DNA of 64,000 nucleotides from an uncultured bacterium (lineage in GTDB: Bacteria; Fidelibacterota; Marinisomatia; SCGC-AAA003-L08; JACNLC01). The DNA lies in NCBI GenBank assembly GCA_964409335.1, contig CAYPCW010000004.1:12745-76744 (forward strand), read 5' to 3'. Made by a program: the position numbers and the translations under genes. Below the pieces are notes generated by a model that saw only the letters and a list, made by a program, of their open reading frames with translations, did no database searches and had not been told where the DNA came from. Shown in pieces: positions 62,905 through 64,000 of the stretch; position 1 is the first letter of the stretch, and every line of letters starts with the position of its first letter.

Positions 62905-64000
62905 TTAATTACCGGTTAATTTGATGACAGGAACAATCATTTCTTCCATGGAAATTCCACCATGTTGAAAAGTGTCTTGAAATTTGTTGATAAAAAAATG
63001 ATAGTCATTCGGATACACAAAAAATGATTGATCCGAAGCGATGATATAATTTTGATTTTTTTCAGAAGAAGGAAGCCCAAATTCAGAGGGATTCGTTATC
63101 GTGAACGTGGTCTTGGAATCCACATTAAGATTTCGCCCATATTTATACCTAATTCCGGTCGATGTATTTCTGTCGGCTTTTACTTTAACCGGTTTTTTCA
63201 CGCGGACCGTCCCATGATCACTCGTGATAATTATGGTTCTATTCCAGGTTTTCATCTGTTGTAAAACGGATAATAACCATGATTTTTCAAACCATGATTT
63301 TACAACATTACGGTATGCAGATTCATTCGGCACCATCTCCTTTAATATGTCAGATTCCGATCGGGAATGACCCAGCATATCAACAAAATTCACTACAATT
63401 GAAATGACATCAACCGTTTTAAAATCCGTGATGCGATTTTCAAGTTTCGCTCCCTCCTGATAAGTTAGTATTTTGTGGTAAGATAAGGATTTATCCGAAA
63501 ATCCTGATCGGATCATTAGATCCTGAAATAGTTTTTCTTCATGTTGATTCAAACTATTCTCGTCTGTGGGGTTATTAATCCAGTACTGTGGATATTTCGA
63601 GGAGAATTCCGAAGGCAACATACCACTGAATATCGCATTTCTCGAATAGGGTGTTGCCGACGGTAAAATCGCAAGTGAAGCTTCAATTGAATAGCGATAG
63701 TCGGGATATACCGCTTCGAGAATCGAGTTTACCTGATCAAAGCGAAGGCAATCGATAACGATTAACACCATTTTTTCGTTAATGTTAAGAATAGGTTTCA
63801 GATATTTATTAAAAATATCATGAGACATTGTTGGTCTGTTTTCAGAATGCAGCCAGTTCTGGTAGTTATTTTTAATGAATTGGCTGAATAATTTATTAGA
63901 CTCCCTGGTTTGTTCCATCAGAATATCCTGCAAATTGGAGTCTTTTGACTGGTCAAATCGGATATTCCAGTTGATCAAACTTTGATATACACGGTACCAT
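62905..64000 (-). CDS. porX: PorX-like PglZ/alkaline-phosphatase-domain protein (5' end, presumably the receiver domain, lies outside the window)
   Basis: Frame is open to the window edge; IVIDCLR, LPSATPYSRNAIFSG, NFVDMLGH, TSDHG, FQHGGISMEEM; directly upstream of tsaE. Confidence 0.82.
   Translation of the reverse strand, partial: WYRVYQSLINWNIRFDQSKDSNLQDILMEQTRESNKLFSQFIKNNYQNWLHSENRPTMSHDIFNKYLKPILNINEKMVLIVIDCLRFDQVNSILEAVYPDYRYSIEASLAILPSATPYSRNAIFSGMLPSEFSSKYPQYWINNPTDENSLNQHEEKLFQDLMIRSGFSDKSLSYHKILTYQEGAKLENRITDFKTVDVISIVVNFVDMLGHSRSESDILKEMVPNESAYRNVVKSWFEKSWLLSVLQQMKTWNRTIIITSDHGTVRVKKPVKVKADRNTSTGIRYKYGRNLNVDSKTTFTITNPSEFGLPSSEKNQNYIIASDQSFFVYPNDYHFFINKFQDTFQHGGISMEEMIVPVIKLTGN

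Noticed and set aside
62905-64000. BREX/Pgl phage defence system
   Set aside because: Motifs and tsaE adjacency fit PorX; no brxC, pglX or brxL is visible.
1-64000. CRISPR arrays, IS elements, prophage, rRNA, tRNA, SRP RNA
   Set aside because: No repeat-spacer periodicity, transposase, integrase or recognisable structural RNA was seen; nearly all sequence is accounted for by CDSs. A covariance-model scan would be needed to exclude small RNAs.

Overview
A gene-dense, mostly housekeeping bacterial window. Gene content (PorU-like and PorX-like genes, DUF4295, mitochondrial-type aconitase, YfhO) points to the FCB superphylum, plausibly Marinimicrobia-like; this placement is inference. From left to right: (1) an alternative complex III operon (actABCDEF, actG-like) continuing into SCO and an A2-type caa3 oxidase; (2) MFS-selA-selB-mutS; (3) ffh-rpsP-khpA-rimM-trmD-rplS; (4) aconitase plus an SDR gene with a TAA exactly at its catalytic Tyr; (5) porU-like-maf-rodZ and a near-complete dcw cluster on the + strand; (6) rpmB, an orphan histidine kinase and a TPR-GT2-GT4-GT2-YfhO glycosylation cluster; (7) a long porX-tsaE-tsaB-rimI-like-accD-guaA-pgeF-uppP-holA-ECF sigma-anti-sigma run. 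I saw no rRNA, tRNA, CRISPR array or mobile element. The best leads are a candidate protein O-glycosylation system (GT-C cluster plus D-S/T-hydrophobic sequon enrichment in some exported proteins), T9SS-type components apparently outside Bacteroidota, likely non-AUG starts in ACIII genes and a RimI pseudo-enzyme. All calls come from reading motifs by eye; no database search was run.
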